Notes: a model not told the origin generated them from the letters alone. A stretch of DNA of 55,164 nt from an uncultured delta proteobacterium (GCA_963769935.1 CAVYNY010000005.1:1-55164); one strand, 5' to 3'; shown: positions 20,905 to 30,496, counted from the first letter of the stretch. A program made the numbers and translations.

Positions 20905-21360
20905 TTATTTTGATTTTAATTCATCATACGCCTTCTGGATTTCCTTGAACCGCCTTTCAGCCAACACCCTGAATTCATCTCCCAGATATCCCACCTTGTC
21001 CGGATGATACTTGCTGGCAAGCTGTCGAAAGGCTTTCTTGATGGTGTCTTGAGAGGCCCCGATTTCGACTCCGAGTATCCGGTACGGATCCCATTGAGAA
21101 GGCGCCTTCCGCTCATGGTCGTGTGCTCGGGATTGATTTTGCCCGGCGGTTGTGCCGTCATCATCAACTGTATTTTGGCTGTTATGGTAGTATTTTTGGA
21201 AAGCCTCCCTTTTTTTCTTACGGGCGTATAAATATCTCAACAATAAACCGAGAATCACCAGATCATCGAGCCACCCCCATCCGACCAGGAAATCAGGCAG
21301 GATGTCATAGGGACTCAGTATATACATTATCACCAGTATAATTAATATAATTTGCCACAT
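20905..21360 (-). CDS. DUF1232 membrane segment + DnaJ (J) domain protein
   Basis: SPYDILPD...[23 protein letters not shown]. Confidence 0.9.
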   Translation of the reverse strand: MWQIILIILVIMYILSPYDILPDFLVGWGWLDDLVILGLLLRYLYARKKKREAFQKYYHNSQNTVDDDGTTAGQNQSRAHDHERKAPSQWDPYRILGVEIGASQDTIKKAFRQLASKYHPDKVGYLGDEFRVLAERRFKEIQKAYDELKSK

Positions 21361-21433
21361 GTCCGGGAGTATAAAATAAAGTTAAGGTCGGGTCAACGGT
21401 GGTATCCCTTAGGATATAAAATGATCTTTGCGC

Positions 21434-21460
21434 TAAAGTTACCGAAATTTAAACCGATCT
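21434..21460 (+). promoter_or_regulatory. Sigma28 (FliA)-like promoter
   Basis: TAAA-N15-ACCGATCT upstream of the kinase-like gene. Confidence 0.4.
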
Positions 21461-21513
21461 ATAATTATCCAAATGACAACATAATTGACGCCTTGGTCAA
21501 GGGAATTTTTTAG

Positions 21514-23952
21514 ATGCGCAATTTTTTCAAAACGGTTGTTGTACTTAGTGTCGTCGTGGTAATCGGTGCCGCATTATACGTTTATATAACCGATAAGCAC
21601 GTTATTGTGTTTAAAAACGGCACCATTAAGGCCGTAAATGATAAAAACGTCATAATATTAGATGACGGTACCATTTTATATGACGACGAAATTATAGAGC
21701 CGCATGAGATAAAATATTATGCCAAAAGGAGCATCAAGCATCTTTTTCTGGATATTCGCAATCGGGCAATCTCAAAGTGGGGTCAACTTGAATCCGACCT
21801 GAATAATTTTCTTAAAAGAAACAATTTCCCCACCAACATGAATTTGGAAATTCCTCTGATCCTGCTGGCCCTGGTGTTTGTTCTTTTTATGCTGTTGCGG
21901 ATGAAGCGTTCAATTAAGGTGGTGCCCCATGTCACCGCCGAACAGGAATCGAAGGTGGTGTCTTCGATAAACAAGAATGAACTCCCTACCCGGCTGGATA
22001 TCGTTCGTTTCTTTTTAAACCTGTTCAAGTATCAAATCGGGGCGGAGCCGGATGCCAAAGCCGAGTTCGTGCCGTTGATGTCCAAAACCTCGGGTCCCAA
22101 TCATATATATGAATTGCGTGTCAAACATATGGAAGATTGGGCCAAGCGGCGCATGACGATCGGACCGCTGGGTGAAGAAGCCGGCAGCAAAAGCAAATGC
22201 TATTATGTGATCTACGATGTGCATATGGTGGTCAAGGTCCCGGCCCGACCGGTAACCGACTTTGAGCGTTACATCGAAAGTATTAAAAAAGAAGTGTCCA
22301 TCGTCAACAAGCTCATCCCCAAGGAGTGCATTATTCCCAAAGTATCGGTAATACTGGGGCTGATACATACTTTTCGCTACAGTGAGGAGATTCCTGTCGA
22401 ACAGCTGGAAGAAAAATACATCAACTGGGTGCGCCGATCGGCCGAATTTCAAGAATATTTGAAGATTAACAGCACGTTTGTATATTTTATGGATTTATCA
22501 CAATACTACTTTCTAGGCCATATACTTGATGAATTGCATGATATAAAGAACCTGATTGCCCGGGAAATTTTTGAGAATGCCGAAATCATATTCGAACCGG
22601 CCAAATTTAAAGGCCGCTATGGTGTTGAAAATGATGCCATCTTTGAAGTAAGGGAAGTATACAATCGAGTTGAAGCCGATATTCGCAATCTGGTAGCCAA
22701 AACGGGCATTGACGCCAACATACCGCTCTATCAATTTCAGTCCTGGTTTTACACGCATCTGTCGGAAAGAAAAGTAACCGAAGACAGCAGCCGCAATTAC
22801 CCGGAAACTTTCATTAAGCAATTGAATCTCCTGATAAAAAAGGCCGTGCAGGAAAATTCAGCTGTGATCGAGTCCTACCGCAAAACCATCAAAAACTATA
22901 TTTACATGTCTTATTTTGAACAAAACAGTGCTCAGATGGCCGCCATTACGATTAATCTGCTCGATATTCTGGCTTGGTTCAGACAAAAAAGAGTATCCAT
23001 GCGCGATCTCAAGCCCGACAATTTGTTTGTGGCCGGCGATCCTGAAAGATATCCGCTGTTTTTGCGATCCGCCCGAGAATTTTCGCTGGGTATTATTGAC
23101 GTGGAGACCGCCGTCGATTTTGAACAATCCAAATACACCCGAACCAAACAGCCGCTATTGGGCGGAACTCCTTTCTATGCGACGCCTTCTCATTTTATCA
23201 GAAATGAGATGTTGACGCTTAAATTCAATAATCTTGGTAAAATTCTGCATCTGCAGGACTGGCATGCAACCCTGGTGATGATCTATAAAGTGGTCACCGG
23301 CGAGCTCCTGTTTGATCAAACCGCCAAACTGTTCGGCGATTTGCGCAACATGTTGATCAATGCCAATAAAGCGGAATATTTTCACAGCGACATTTTTGAA
23401 GAAGCGAGTCGAATGTTCTGGCACAGTGCGGTTGTCGAATTTCAGGTCAAAGTCGGTGAGAAGGAAAAAACGCTGAGGTCTATTGAAGTGTTGCTGCCGG
23501 AGACGGTTAAGTACATGTTTGGCAAAGTAGTGGTAAAGGAACGCAAAACGCTTGCCCTGGCAATCAAGGAATGTGTCGAATCCCAGAACATTTTTGAAAA
23601 AGAACAGATCCGCGACCAATTAAAAAATTCATCCTATGCCAAAACCTGCCAGTTTAAAGCGGAGTTGGAAAACAATGCCAAACGATCACAAAATTTTGGG
23701 GACCTGCGGATGGAAGCCATCACATTTTTACACCAGCTGGCGGATTTGAAAGCTTTATTCGGGCAGCACATCTATATGCACAAGCTGTTATCAAAACCGG
23801 AAGCCAGGGTGACGGCCCATGACATCTTAACCTTCATGTTCAATGTGGTGCTGAATAATATGTATCCCCCCCATTGGAAGCCTCTCTTCGGCGACGCCGT
23901 CAATACCTGTGACATGCCGGAGGAAGAAACCGGCTTGGCGACGACAGCTTGA
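21514..23952 (+). CDS. Membrane-anchored atypical Ser/Thr kinase-like protein
   Basis: Two TM helices; VVKVP, RDLKPDN catalytic loop, IIDVE in place of DFG, GGTPFYATP. Confidence 0.75.
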   Translation: MRNFFKTVVVLSVVVVIGAALYVYITDKHVIVFKNGTIKAVNDKNVIILDDGTILYDDEIIEPHEIKYYAKRSIKHLFLDIRNRAISKWGQLESDLNNFLKRNNFPTNMNLEIPLILLALVFVLFMLLRMKRSIKVVPHVTAEQESKVVSSINKNELPTRLDIVRFFLNLFKYQIGAEPDAKAEFVPLMSKTSGPNHIYELRVKHMEDWAKRRMTIGPLGEEAGSKSKCYYVIYDVHMVVKVPARPVTDFERYIESIKKEVSIVNKLIPKECIIPKVSVILGLIHTFRYSEEIPVEQLEEKYINWVRRSAEFQEYLKINSTFVYFMDLSQYYFLGHILDELHDIKNLIAREIFENAEIIFEPAKFKGRYGVENDAIFEVREVYNRVEADIRNLVAKTGIDANIPLYQFQSWFYTHLSERKVTEDSSRNYPETFIKQLNLLIKKAVQENSAVIESYRKTIKNYIYMSYFEQNSAQMAAITINLLDILAWFRQKRVSMRDLKPDNLFVAGDPERYPLFLRSAREFSLGIIDVETAVDFEQSKYTRTKQPLLGGTPFYATPSHFIRNEMLTLKFNNLGKILHLQDWHATLVMIYKVVTGELLFDQTAKLFGDLRNMLINANKAEYFHSDIFEEASRMFWHSAVVEFQVKVGEKEKTLRSIEVLLPETVKYMFGKVVVKERKTLALAIKECVESQNIFEKEQIRDQLKNSSYAKTCQFKAELENNAKRSQNFGDLRMEAITFLHQLADLKALFGQHIYMHKLLSKPEARVTAHDILTFMFNVVLNNMYPPHWKPLFGDAVNTCDMPEEETGLATTA

Positions 23953-24194
23953 GGAGGCATGGCGAAAAAGGTTTCAGGTTTTGGGTTTCACGTGTCAGCC
24001 CAGCCGCTGGAAGCCGAATGGGATGTGCCGGGTGTTGTGAGTCGGAAGCTTTACCAAATGAACATCGAGGTTCGATGTTCAATCTTTTTATTCGATATTC
24101 GATATTCTGCGGTTCGCTTTTCAATTTATTTGACACTTGCCGCTCGCCAATGTAATAGATAAGTATTTATTTTCCCCGCAACAGGTAAGGTCAC

Positions 24195-25694
24195 ATGCAA
24201 GCTATCCCCAAACGGCTTTTCCTTTTCACCTTGATTCTCCTTGCGGCAGCTTCTCTTTTCTCCCGCCAGGCCCAGGCCGAAACCGTCAGACATCCGGTCT
24301 GGGCCGGCCAATTTTATGAGGCCGATCCCGCCGAGTTAAATCGAGTCATCGATCAACTCACCCGCAAGGCTCAAGAAAGTCGCGTTCAAATTCCGGCGGA
24401 CAAGCAGCTCAGAGCCCTTATCATGCCCCATGCGGGCTATGCCTATTCAGGGTTGACCGCCGCCCACGCCGCTCTCGTTTTATCCAGGCATCAGTTTTCC
24501 AAGGTAATCTTGCTGGGACCCAACCATCGTATTATCGGGCTGGATAACGCTGCAATCTGCAACGTTTCGGCTTATGAGACGCCCCTGGGGAGAATCAGCC
24601 TTCACAAAGACGTTGCAAAATTGCTTTTGCAGCCGGATTTATTTCAATCACTGCCGGCGGCCCGCGACCAGGAACATTCTTTGGAAGTAATCCTGCCTTT
24701 CTTACAGAAATATCTTGGAGAATTTCAGCTGGTACCGGTTATTGTCGGGCAGGGGGACGTGCGTCGGCTCGCCAAAGCCCTGGATCCGCTTATTGACGAT
24801 AATACCCTGCTGGTGGTCAGTTCCGATCTTTCGCATTTCCTTTCCTACTCTGAGGCGGTCATCAGAGACCGTCAAACCATCAATGAGATCGTGAACCTGA
24901 AGCCGGATGAGCTGATCCGGGCGGACAACAGAGCCTGCGGATCGGTGCCGATTTTAATTCTAGCCGAAGTCGCCCGGCGACATCACTGGCAGCCGGTGCT
25001 GCTGCATTATTCCAACAGCGGCGACACGGCCGGTGATCGATCACGGGTGGTGGGGTATGCCGCCATTGCTTTTTGGGGAGATTCAGCTATGGAAATCAAA
25101 GACAATTCTACTGTGCAATTTAGCGAAGCGCAGGGCCGACTGCTGGTTAAACTGGCCCGGCAGACAATTTCGGAAAGGCTGGGTGCGAAAGTTGCCGATT
25201 CTGCGCCCGCTGCCTCGACCCTTGCCTTGCAGGACGACAGCTTAAAGTCACACTGCGGAACATTTGTCACCCTGAAAATCGGGGGGCAATTGCGGGGCTG
25301 TATCGGAAATCTGTCAGCCAGTGAATCTGTTCTGGAGGGCGTCAGGCGCAACGCAATCAATGCCGCGTTTCATGATCCCCGTTTTTCTCCACTTTCGCAG
25401 GATGAACTGGACCGGACTGAAATTGAAATCAGTGTATTAACAGAACCCCAACCGCTCGAATATCGCGACGGGCAGGATCTGATTCAAAAACTTCGCGTCA
25501 ATGTCGACGGCGTCATTATACGTAAAGGCCATTACAGCGCCACTTTTCTGCCCCAGGTGTGGGAGCAGTTGCCCGAGCCTGATGATTTTCTAACCCATCT
25601 GTGCCGAAAGGCAGGCTTGTCTTCCGAGGCCTGGAAAAGTTCCAAATTGGAAGTTCTGACGTACCAGGTTCAATATTTTGAAGAAACACCATGA
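24195..25694 (+). CDS. AmmeMemoRadiSam protein B (Memo) fused to protein A (AMMECR1), with signal peptide
   Basis: AGQFY, PHAGYAYSG, EHSLEV, SSDLSH, ACG, VGY; GTFVTL, LRGCIG, DPRF, ATFLPQV; N-terminal hydrophobic stretch ending AQA. Confidence 0.93.
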   Translation: MQAIPKRLFLFTLILLAAASLFSRQAQAETVRHPVWAGQFYEADPAELNRVIDQLTRKAQESRVQIPADKQLRALIMPHAGYAYSGLTAAHAALVLSRHQFSKVILLGPNHRIIGLDNAAICNVSAYETPLGRISLHKDVAKLLLQPDLFQSLPAARDQEHSLEVILPFLQKYLGEFQLVPVIVGQGDVRRLAKALDPLIDDNTLLVVSSDLSHFLSYSEAVIRDRQTINEIVNLKPDELIRADNRACGSVPILILAEVARRHHWQPVLLHYSNSGDTAGDRSRVVGYAAIAFWGDSAMEIKDNSTVQFSEAQGRLLVKLARQTISERLGAKVADSAPAASTLALQDDSLKSHCGTFVTLKIGGQLRGCIGNLSASESVLEGVRRNAINAAFHDPRFSPLSQDELDRTEIEISVLTEPQPLEYRDGQDLIQKLRVNVDGVIIRKGHYSATFLPQVWEQLPEPDDFLTHLCRKAGLSSEAWKSSKLEVLTYQVQYFEETP

Positions 25695-27798
25695 TCGTGC
25701 CATTATCCGGGTGGTAATTGCCACGGGTATTTCCTCGGTTGTCACTCAGCTGCTGACCATTCGCGAATTTTTAACCCAATTCCAGGGCAATGAAATCGTC
25801 ATTGCTTTGATTCTCTTTAACTGGCTGATTCTGGGAGGCCTGGGTACCCTGCTGGCCCGCGTGTATAACTGCCGCCGCGAGGCCACGGCCGACAGATTGG
25901 CATGGTTTTCTCTGGCTTTAAGCATTCTCGCCGTGCTGCAAATCCTGGCCATCCGGCAGCTGCGCGATATTATCTTTATCCGAGGCAGCTCGGTGGGTTT
26001 CTACCCCACCTGGCTGTTCAGCATTCTGGTTATCAGCCCTTACTGCCTGCTGCTTGGATTTGTGCTGCCCTACAGCCTTTTTGTCCTGCGGACCGACACG
26101 GCCGATTATCCCGGAGCACGCATTTATATTACCGATAGTATCGGCGACATCTCCGGGGGGGCCCTGTTCTCTTTTGTACTGGTTTATCTGGTTGACCCGC
26201 TGACGGCGATCTTTCTGGCCCACCTGCCGCTGTTGGCGGCGACGTATCTGCTCTTTGCGCCGTCGCGGCGGAGACGCCCCGCTATTTTGCTGGCAATCGC
26301 ATCCGTTGCCGTCCTTCTGGGAGGCAGTATCCGGTTGGAAAAGCCTTCGCTGACACCCTCCGAGGGCAAACTTGTTTATTATCGCGAATCTCGCTACGGT
26401 CGCATTGCAGTTCACCGAGACCGGGATCAACTGACGTTGTTTGAAGACGGGGTGCCGCTGTACAGCAGTCAGAACCTGAGCGTTGCCGAAGAAACCATCC
26501 ACTATCCGCTATCCCAGCTGGACGGCCTTCAGCGCGTTTTATTAATTTCGGCTGAAGGGGGCGTCATGGCCGAGCTGAAAAAATACCAGGTTCAATCGGT
26601 TGATTACGTGGAGCTGGATCCTGAGCTTGCCGCGGTGCAATTTCGTTTTGGCCTGATCCAAAAAATCGACGGTTTAAGTGTTATTCATCAGGACGGTCGG
26701 GCCTATTTGTCCCGAGTTAAAAAAATCTACGATGCCATTATTGTCAATCTGCCCGAACCCAATACCTTTCAAGTCAATCGCTTTTACACGGACGGCTTTT
26801 TTAAGCTGGCCAAAACGCATCTCGCCAAGGGCGGCGTGCTGAGTTTTTCCATGCAGGGGTTTGACAATTACCTGGCTGAGCCCCAGCGGCAAAAACTTTC
26901 TTCCCTTTACAATACCGCCAAAACTTACTTTGATCATATTTTGCTTTTGCCCGGCCAGAAGGTATACTTTTTATGCAGCGACCGTGCCCTCAACATCGAC
27001 ATTCCGGCGGCCCTGACGCGCAAGGGAATTGCAACCGATTATATCAGCGGTTTTTATTACGGCAACCTGACTCCGGAAAGAATCGACCGCTTGAATAAAT
27101 TATTGGACCCTTCCACCCCGCGAAACTTTGACAACGCACCCTATTTAATGCGGCTGATGTTTTCCCAGTGGTTTGCCAAATTTCATACTTCACCCGTCGG
27201 ATTTTTCATCGTCATCGCCATTCTCAGCGCCATTTACCTGTTTCGCATTTCCAGGGAAGAGTTTGTTCTTTTTTCAACCGGCTGTATGACCATGGGCAGT
27301 GAAATCTTAGTAATTTTTGCATTTCAAATCTATTTCGGATATATTTACCTGCAGATCGGAATCATTATCACTGTTTTCCTGGCCGGCCTGTTGCCCGGGG
27401 CCTGGCTCGGCAACCGGCTGCGCCGACAAGGCAAGCAAATTCTGGCGCTTACCGACCTGGTTCTGATTGCTTGCCTGGCGCTGTTCATTCTGGCCATTGC
27501 CAATTTTGCCGACCGCCTGCCGATTGCCTATTACCTGGCTTTCGGCTTTGTGGTGTCGTTGGCCTGCGGTTTTCAATTCCCGGTAACCCTTTATTTGAGG
27601 GGCAGCGACAATGCTGCGGCCACCCGCACATTTTCCGCAGATCTGATCGGGGCCGCTTGCGGCACATTGCTGACCAGCGTTCTTCTGATTCCCTATGGCG
27701 GCATTCTCTGGGCCACGGCGGGCTTGATCGGCCTGAAGATGATCAGCTTGATTCTCATCGGAACGAGCAGGAAACAAAAATTGAAGATGGAAGATTGA
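25678..27798 (+). CDS. Polytopic membrane protein with central spermidine-synthase-like SAM-binding domain
   Basis: TM blocks flank ESRYGRI, VDYVELDP, DGRAYL, YDAIIVNLPEP, NRFYT. Confidence 0.85.
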   Translation: MKKHHDRAIIRVVIATGISSVVTQLLTIREFLTQFQGNEIVIALILFNWLILGGLGTLLARVYNCRREATADRLAWFSLALSILAVLQILAIRQLRDIIFIRGSSVGFYPTWLFSILVISPYCLLLGFVLPYSLFVLRTDTADYPGARIYITDSIGDISGGALFSFVLVYLVDPLTAIFLAHLPLLAATYLLFAPSRRRRPAILLAIASVAVLLGGSIRLEKPSLTPSEGKLVYYRESRYGRIAVHRDRDQLTLFEDGVPLYSSQNLSVAEETIHYPLSQLDGLQRVLLISAEGGVMAELKKYQVQSVDYVELDPELAAVQFRFGLIQKIDGLSVIHQDGRAYLSRVKKIYDAIIVNLPEPNTFQVNRFYTDGFFKLAKTHLAKGGVLSFSMQGFDNYLAEPQRQKLSSLYNTAKTYFDHILLLPGQKVYFLCSDRALNIDIPAALTRKGIATDYISGFYYGNLTPERIDRLNKLLDPSTPRNFDNAPYLMRLMFSQWFAKFHTSPVGFFIVIAILSAIYLFRISREEFVLFSTGCMTMGSEILVIFAFQIYFGYIYLQIGIIITVFLAGLLPGAWLGNRLRRQGKQILALTDLVLIACLALFILAIANFADRLPIAYYLAFGFVVSLACGFQFPVTLYLRGSDNAAATRTFSADLIGAACGTLLTSVLLIPYGGILWATAGLIGLKMISLILIGTSRKQKLKMED

Positions 27799-27826
27799 AT
27801 GTTTACGGATCGAGGGGAGATCTACT

Positions 27827-29041
27827 ATGAAAAAAATAACTCGCCGCCAATTCATTTACGGCGGCGCCGCCGGCTTTGGCGCCTGCCTTCTTTCCCAGAT
27901 ACCCGGACCCTTCGGAGCCGGCGAGGCCGCCATTATCGATGATATCCGCGGCAAAGTCTTCAAGGGCGATGCCCCGCAAAAACTCTGGAAATGGTCCCAT
28001 GAAGGGTTTCTTTACAAAAAATTGACAGGCGGCAAGGTGGTCTGTGGTATCTGTCCCAACCGCTGCGTCCTGGCACCGGGCGATCGCAGTGTCTGCCGCT
28101 CCAAAGTCAACCTGGAAGGCAAATTATACAGTCTGACCTATGGCAACCCCTGTGCAGTAAACACCGATCCCATTGAGAAAAAACCGCTTTTTCATTTTAA
28201 ACCGCGCATCAAGGCCTTTTCCCTGGCCACCACCGGCTGCAATTTCCGCTGCCTGAACTGTCAGAACTGGGAAATCTCCCAGGCCAAACCGGATGAGGTG
28301 ACACCCTATATGCGCGAGCTATTCCCGGCCGATGTCATCACGGCCGCGCAAAAGTCAGAGGTTCAGGCGATCGCCTACACATACTCCGAACCCATCACTT
28401 TTTTTGAGTACATGATCGACATCGCCCGCCTGGCGAGAGAGGCCGGCTTGTATAATCTGTGGGTCTCCAATGCCTACATCAACCAAAAACCCCTGTTGGC
28501 GCTTTGTAAAGTACTGGATGCGGCCACACTTAATATTAAGTCTTTCGATGACGGAATTTACCGTAAACTGAACGGCGGTCGTTTAGAGCCGGTTTTAAAC
28601 ACCTTCAAAACACTGCACGCGCAGAGCGTCCATTTTGAATTGATTAATCTCGTGGTGCCGGGATATACCGATGATGAAGATATGGTCAAAGCCATGTGCG
28701 GATGGATTTTAGAAAACATCGGCCCTGATTATCCACTGCACTTTCTGCGGTTTTTCCCGCTCTACAAGTTGGATCGTCTGCCCCCTACCCCGGTGTCCAC
28801 GTTGACGCGCTATCGGGAATTGGCTATGCAGCAGGGAATTCATTACGCCTATGTCGGCAATGTGCCTCGCCACGAAGGCAACAACACCTATTGTCATAAC
28901 TGCAAAAAATTGTTGATCGAGCGCCGGGGTTATTTCATCTCTACTTACAACCTGGACGGAAATCACTGCAAGTTCTGCAATATCCGCATCCCGGGGGTAT
29001 GGGATCCGGCGCCTGCGACGCCGGCTCATAGTTCACCCTAA
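27827..29041 (+). CDS. AmmeMemoRadiSam radical SAM enzyme with twin-arginine-like leader
   Basis: TRRQFI leader; CGICPNRC, DPIEKKPLFHF, CNFRCLNC (CX3CX2C), AYTYSEP, C-terminal CxxC pairs. Confidence 0.94.
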   Translation: MKKITRRQFIYGGAAGFGACLLSQIPGPFGAGEAAIIDDIRGKVFKGDAPQKLWKWSHEGFLYKKLTGGKVVCGICPNRCVLAPGDRSVCRSKVNLEGKLYSLTYGNPCAVNTDPIEKKPLFHFKPRIKAFSLATTGCNFRCLNCQNWEISQAKPDEVTPYMRELFPADVITAAQKSEVQAIAYTYSEPITFFEYMIDIARLAREAGLYNLWVSNAYINQKPLLALCKVLDAATLNIKSFDDGIYRKLNGGRLEPVLNTFKTLHAQSVHFELINLVVPGYTDDEDMVKAMCGWILENIGPDYPLHFLRFFPLYKLDRLPPTPVSTLTRYRELAMQQGIHYAYVGNVPRHEGNNTYCHNCKKLLIERRGYFISTYNLDGNHCKFCNIRIPGVWDPAPATPAHSSP

Positions 29042-29155
29042 CGTTTCATAAATCTGTTTAAATCTTCATGTGGGGTAGAAGAAAGAATGTCGGTATTACC
29101 GGGACGATGCTTGATGTTCGATACTTGATGCTGGATATTCGGCAATGCACCTATA

Positions 29156-29440
29156 TTATTCTGCCTTAGGTCTGGGTTGAGATCGCCCGCCCACAATCCA
29201 TTTCACTTTGACGAGGTGCTGAACTGATTTGAACTCGGGGTCGTTGGTCAGTATTTCAGCGTCTGAGCGCCGGGCAGTGGCAATACAAAAGGCAGCGGCA
29301 TAAGATACAGCAAAATCTGCCTTAATATCTGCTGCCTCTCTAACCAGGTCATTGTCTACCGATTGGATGCTCACGGGAAGTTGCTCCAGCAGCGCAAGCG
29401 TCTCATTGGCCTTGTCCTTTCCAACTCTTCTTTTGACAAT
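29156..29440 (-). pseudogene. 5'-truncated VapC (PIN) toxin remnant
   Basis: Frame reads IVKRRVGKDKANETLALLEQLP...SYAAAFCIATA...TNDPEFK and aligns with the C-half of the intact VapC at 47548. The N-terminal PIN Asp region is missing. Confidence 0.8.
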
Positions 29441-29701
29441 CCAAACCGACCGAAAATTGTTATCAAAACTGACAAATTACGGCACAACCGACATCGAGCG
29501 ATTTGGGTTCGATGGTGTCGGAGTAATTATATCCTGCTGAAATATAATCAAAAAATGTATAAACTGATGGAGCGTGAAAGTTTGGCACAGATATTGTTAT
29601 ATCTTGGTTGCGTGCAATTATCCTAAACTGAAAAGAAATTGAAGGGAGATTGGTCAGTTTACGAAAAACTGATAATATAAATATTACGTTAACAAAAAAT
29701 T

Positions 29702-29793
29702 TATTCGTGTCCTGATAAAGCCAAACCCATCGTGAGGTGGGGACGGAAAGCCACGGGTCTCAATTGATAAGAGATAGCCGGGTTGCCTGAATA
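29702..29793 (+). ncRNA. c-di-GMP-I (GEMM-I) riboswitch aptamer
   Basis: P1 TATTCG/TGAATA; GCCAAA-CCCATC-GTGA(GNRA)-GGTGGG-GACGGAAAGCC; P3 closed by AGCCGGGTTGCC. The specificity position (Vc2 G20 equivalent, nt 29720) is G. Confidence 0.9.
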
Positions 29794-29816
29794 CAGGTGA
29801 TCCGGCTATTTTTTTT
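29774..29816 (+). terminator. Intrinsic terminator forming the riboswitch expression platform
   Basis: ATAGCCGGGTTGCCTG-AATA-CAGGTGATCCGGCTAT followed by a T8 run; its 5' arm overlaps the aptamer 3' strands. Confidence 0.88.
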
Positions 29817-29837
29817 GGGGAATGAGGATTTAAGTCG

Positions 29838-30329
29838 ATGAAAAAAGATGCTGTCTATAGTATGCGCATGAGCAGCAGGGTCCGGGAGGCTCTGAAAAAA
29901 GCCGCACAGAAAGAACGTCGCACGGTGGCTTCTCTGCTGGACAATATCATTATCGAATATCTGTCGCAGGAAGGACATATCAACCTGGACGCGGAACGCC
30001 GTAATTTTAAGCGCACCCGGATAACCCTGCCGGCCAAAAGCATTGTAAGGGACGGGATCCGGGAAAAAGCCTTTCCCGGGGTGGTGCTCGACCTCTCAAT
30101 GGGCGGTGTTTTACTGACTTACGCCAAAGGCTCCGACATTCCGTTTTCTTCCGTCGGCAAGCTGCCGCGATTCGAGCTGTGCTTAGAGGATCCGCACTCT
30201 CATGAGCAGCTCAACATTAATTGCGACACGCGTCATATGCGAGATACCGGCAACGAAATCCAGGTTGGAGCAAGCTTTGTAGATCCCGGGGAGTTGGATC
30301 TTCAAAAATTAACAGCCTATTTTGCATAA
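29838..30329 (+). CDS. Ribbon-helix-helix-like DNA-binding domain fused to a PilZ domain
   Basis: N-terminus YSMRMSSRVREALKKAAQKERRTVASLLDNIIIEYL (RHH pattern); PilZ motifs ERRNFKR (RxxxR) and DLSMGG (DxSxxG). Confidence 0.82.
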   Translation: MKKDAVYSMRMSSRVREALKKAAQKERRTVASLLDNIIIEYLSQEGHINLDAERRNFKRTRITLPAKSIVRDGIREKAFPGVVLDLSMGGVLLTYAKGSDIPFSSVGKLPRFELCLEDPHSHEQLNINCDTRHMRDTGNEIQVGASFVDPGELDLQKLTAYFA

Positions 30330-30496
30330 AATTTAACGGAGGGAGAATCTACTAAGATCGAATCAACTAATTACATGACCTGAAAGCGCAATTTTTTTTG
30401 GCCCAAATGTAATACAAAATACATACAATGTTATTCAGTTATGGAATTAAAGTTTTAATAAAGTAACGATTAACAACTTAAAAAGGGAGGGAAAAC

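Noticed and set aside
29583..29598. Sigma54 promoter upstream of the riboswitch (TGGCACAGATATTGTT)
   Set aside because: The -24 element is good but -12 is GT rather than GC, so it is too uncertain to list.
29702..29793. 3',3'-cGAMP (GEMM-Ib) assignment for the riboswitch
   Set aside because: The discriminating position is G (29720), not A. This is not excluded without a binding assay.
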